Source: Octopus vulgaris (Eukaryota). From it: a DNA stretch of 64,000 nt. The notes under the pieces are model-generated. The model was not told where the DNA came from. It was given only the letters and a program-made list of their open reading frames with translations, and did no database searches. Positions 63,736 to 64,000 of the stretch are shown here, one piece after another (within the stretch, counting starts at the first letter, position 1; each line of letters begins with the position of its first letter). The DNA is taken from the NCBI GenBank assembly GCA_951406725.2, contig OX597819.1, positions 39,246,001-39,310,000 on the forward strand. The letters are read 5' to 3'. The position numbers and the translations under genes were made by a program.

Positions 63736-64000
63736 TTTGAGGATATTAACACTGTATGACTGGGGGTTGTACAGTGCCAGATTGAAACATTTTATTGACG
63801 ACTTTGGAATATCACAATATCTGTCAGAGCAACAACTGTTGTACAAAGACAGATATAATAGTGGCAAAAGACCGCTTTACAACAGTAGTGATGAGGATAA
63901 ACCAATTCACATGGAGTTAATAGAAACTCGAAGAGGATTTAACCAGCTCATGAGAAATTGATAAACTTGATGAGGATTAACCAATTCACGTGGAGTTAAC

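Overview
AT-rich, repeat-dense eukaryotic DNA. The SINE families, (TA)n/(TAGA)n microsatellites and RTE, Dong/R4 and Penelope relics point to an octopus genome (inferred from repeat content, no search run). Host genes: (1) a minus-strand C2H2 zinc-finger gene with a candidate TATA/CCAAT promoter and short first exon near 18.7 kb and one large coding exon from 11105; (2) the last coding exon of Sm D3 (SNRPD3) at 57130-57185. The rest is mostly decayed transposons: RTE LINEs, Dong/R4, Gypsy, two solo LTRs, mariner, Tigger, Penelope with hammerhead-like motifs, a Helitron, hAT/piggyBac/Merlin-like MITEs and four SINE families. Best observation: the two zinc-finger ORFs are one 958-codon frame broken by a single in-frame UGA in the readthrough context UGA-CUAG, followed by a stem-loop. 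This suggests programmed stop-codon recoding giving a 244-aa and a 957-aa isoform.
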